Below are positions 61,132 to 64,000 of a stretch of 64,000 bases of DNA, one piece after another. Below the pieces are notes generated by a model, which was given only the letters and a program-made list of their open reading frames with translations, made no database searches and was not told the origin of the DNA. The position numbers and the translations under genes were made by a program. The DNA is from Chlorokybus atmophyticus (lineage: Eukaryota; Plantae; Mesostigma and Chlorokybus algae). The stretch is from assembly GCA_009103225.1 (NCBI GenBank), contig RHPI01002533.1, forward strand, positions 1,301,183-1,365,182. The letters are read 5' to 3'. Each line of letters begins with the position of its first letter. Position 1 is the first letter of the stretch.

Positions 61132-61140
61132 TTAGGGTTT
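61132..61140 (-). promoter_or_regulatory. Canonical telo-box (AAACCCTAA on the minus strand) upstream of the S1-domain gene
   Basis: TTAGGGTTT about 160 bp before the ATG. Confidence 0.5.
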
Positions 61141-61299
61141 GGGCAGGCAGCTGCAGTGAGGCGCTGGAGGTGGCGGCGGCGGCGGTGGGAGGGGCGGTCG
61201 GAGCGAGCGACGGAACAGAGCCTCTGCTTCTGCTAAGAGGGGGATGCCAGCCTTGTAGTCGCGGATCGAATCGCGTGAGTGAGACTGAGGCTGTCAGCG

Positions 61300-63460
61300 A
61301 TGGCGTCTGCTGCTACTGCGACATTCTTTGGTGCATTGGCGGCCGTGTCGGCGCCGTCGCCGTCGCCGTCGTCGTCGCAGCAGCCGAGCAGTAGTGCAAG
61401 CAGCAGCAGCAGTAGCAGCAGCAGAGGTGGAAGGGTTAGATTGGGGGCGCCAGGCAGCAGGAGGAGAGAAGAAAGGGAGTCCACGTGCACGAGGCGGCTG
61501 GCCGTCATTGCGCGTGCTGCAGCGGACAGGAATGCCGCCAGCGACATGCGAGCCGCAGCCGCGGAGTACGTTGCGTTTGGGCGTATGTTAGGGGAGGATG
61601 CGCAAGTCAAGGTAACGTTGCTGCGTTGAGCGAATTGTCCAGAGACTGTGGCATGCAGATGGGATGGCCCAAGTCTCTACGCCACGTAGAACACATGACG
61701 TGCGCTTGTTTGCTAATGCTTCTGACACATGCACACACCCGTGACTTGCACGTCCGAGCACAACACGGTTCATGCCTACACCACCTGCATGACAAATGCG
61801 CTCAATGTGGGGTGCTATCCTCTCGCTGCTTCCCCTCCCTTTTCTCCACACCACCTGCTCTGCGATTGTGTTATGTGTTTCTGCCTTAAGCCAACCCTTG
61901 TGCATGGTTACTGCCGCTTTAATCATGCCTTCCTTGTTCCAATCTGTCGTCCATCTCATTTTTTATTGACTAGCTGTTGACTGCTCACTGCCAGCCATAC
62001 ACCTCTTGTCCATGCTCTTGTCTACGTGGATAGCATGGCATGCAAGCTGCCTGCATACGTTGCTGATAAGAGCAATGTACAATGCACATGCTACTTAGCC
62101 TGTGTATGCGTATACTCAATTGCTCACAGGCATGCTAGAATCGGGCTTCTCCTCTTCCCCACCGTGTGCTGCATTGCACTTTAGGCCTGCGCCACCACAC
62201 CCTGCCTGAGCACGCAGTGGCCATGCTTATGGCATCGCAATCGTTGCCTATGACACAGCACACCACACCACACACATACGTGTATGCTATGGCACATTGC
62301 GCGTCACAAATTCACCCCGCTCTGCTGCTTTTCAGAAACCTGTTCTACGGGCTGTGAGCGCCCCCCAAAGGCCCCCGAGGCCATCCTCGAGCGAGGGCAG
62401 CCCGGCACAAGCGCCCAACAGTGCAGGATCGATGGCGGTGGCGGTGACGGCGACGGCGACACCTGACTGGGCGCGCGCAGAGGAGCTGTTGGCCTCTCAG
62501 CAGCCGACTCGCGTGCGTGTGCTGGGCAGCAACAGTGGCGGCGTGCTGGTGTCTCTGGGCAAGCTGCAGGGCTTTGTGCCGGCGTCTCAGCTGGCACCCG
62601 CGCGGTTTGAGACCCTCACCGCCCTCAAGCGCAGTGCGGGCAAGCCCGCATCGGAGGAGGAGTCCGACCGCATGCGCGCCAAGGTCACGCAGCTGCGCAC
62701 GGACATCCTCTCGGGCATGGTGGGCCAGGACATTGAGGTGGTGGCTGTGGTGGTTGAACCCAAAGCCACCAAGCTGGTGATGTCGGAGCGCGCGGCCGCC
62801 GGCGCTACCAACACCCCCTCGCTCAAGGACAAGGTCATGGCAGAGCTGCACGTGGGTGACGCCGTGCGTGCCACGGTCACCTCCATCACCGACTTTGGGG
62901 CCTTTGTGTCCGTCAACGGCGTGGACGCGCTCATCCATGTGTCGGAGATCGCATGGGTGCGGCCTGCGCACCCGCGCAACGTGCTGGCGGTGGGGGACGC
63001 TGTCACGGCCAAGGTCATCCTGCTGGATACGCGCACGCGGCGCATTGGCCTATCCATCCGGCAGCTGCAGCCGGACCCACTGCTGCAGACGCTCGACGCG
63101 CTCGTTGATGGCGCGAGCACCGCCGACATGGAGCTTGAGTTTGACGCCAGCTCGGGCGTGGACCCGCAGGAGGAGCTGGCGGCCTCCGAGTCATCCCTGC
63201 AGGAGGAGTTCCCCGAGCTGGCGGCGGTGTGTGGAATCCTGGAGCAGCAGGACGCCATCCAGCGCGTGATGCTGGGCAGGCGCTTCACCACCTCTGCACT
63301 CGCGCCCGACTTTCAGCTCTTTCTTTCCGCCCCCATTGAGGGGGGCTTTAAGCTCCTGGCGCGGTCGGGCAGGAGGGTGCAGGAGGTCAACGTTTCCACG
63401 TCACTCACGCGAGAACAGATGAAACAAGCTGTCCAGTCTGCCACCATGAAGATTCCTTAA
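61300..63460 (+). CDS. Plastid S1-domain RNA-binding protein (SRRP1/At3g23700-like), 2 exons
   Basis: Ser/Ala-rich transit peptide, NSGGVLVSLGKLQGFVPASQL, VTSITDFGAFVSVNGVDALIHVSEIAW, IGLSIRQLQPDPLLQTL and FKLLARSGRRVQEV. Confidence 0.88.
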
Positions 63461-64000
63461 TTTATGTCTCACAGCAACTGAGTAGGAGCCGTAGCTCTCT
63501 AGCAGTAAACTATGTGCTAGTCCGCTTGTTGGTGCAGTACTGTCACACATCCCCCCAGAGTAAGGCACAAACATAGTTGCTCACCACGGCGCATCCAATC
63601 CTTCACGTGCATGTTCACCACATGTAGATCAGCACGTCGCTGGTAGTGTCGCGGCGCGATGGCCACTGTTCTCAAGCATGCAGGCAGCTCATGTTACGTG
63701 TGCAAGTCCCGGGGTCAGGACAGTGGTACGTAGCACACCAGATCCCACCAGGCCACCTGTTACTTAGCTCAGATTGCACGCCCCGTCAACTCTGCCATGC
63801 AATGCAGTTCGCGTGTGTGCTGGGCATTACACAATCTTCTTGCAAGGTTGTCAAATTCAAGCCCGGCAAAGGATGTTGCTAGTCGCTGTGGGCTGTAATT
63901 ATGGTCGAGGGCCTTGCGTCAATGTGATCTTATTAATCTCCCTACGGCTGTTGACACCATACCACACGCCTCTATACCGAGACAAACCTGGAAAGCGCCG

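Noticed and set aside
1-64000. CRISPR arrays, tRNA, rRNA, prophage or operon-type systems
   Set aside because: None were seen. The window is spliced eukaryotic nuclear DNA, and its repeats lack repeat-spacer structure.

Overview
Eukaryotic nuclear DNA with GC-rich exons and short, mostly GT-AG introns. It is gene-dense, with 20 reconstructed spliced protein-coding genes plus a possible partial gene at the left edge. The gene set suggests a green-lineage alga, most likely an early-diverging streptophyte (inference). Supporting features are plastid-targeted proteins, plant-type E-G order in CNX1, an ACBP4-type kelch protein, telo-boxes and a ciliary RP2 homolog. No CRISPR array, rRNA or tRNA gene was seen. 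Genes in order: TM-anchored NudC/CS-domain protein, SDS22-like LRR, SDR, coiled-coil protein, plastid DUF948-like protein, MTP1 Zn transporter, RP2, plastid protein, capping protein beta, nucleolin, bacterial-type RNase HII, CIA30/Rossmann plastid protein, NifS/Sec-lyase-like enzyme, small membrane protein, AP-3 delta, HAS1/DDX18, ACBP4, mannitol dehydrogenase, CNX1 and an SRRP1-like S1 protein. The best non-coding finds are one textbook dual-guide H/ACA snoRNA and a second candidate in HAS1 introns, with predicted rRNA pseudouridylation targets. Also seen: a 957-bp solo LTR with a perfect 5-bp TSD, two perfect 17-18 bp hairpins, and a cluster of SBP-box (GTACGG) sites upstream of the Zn transporter. 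About five introns have GC donors, and 16 consecutive genes strictly alternate strand. Exon structures were reconstructed by eye. Family calls and rRNA target sequences come from recalled knowledge, not database searches.
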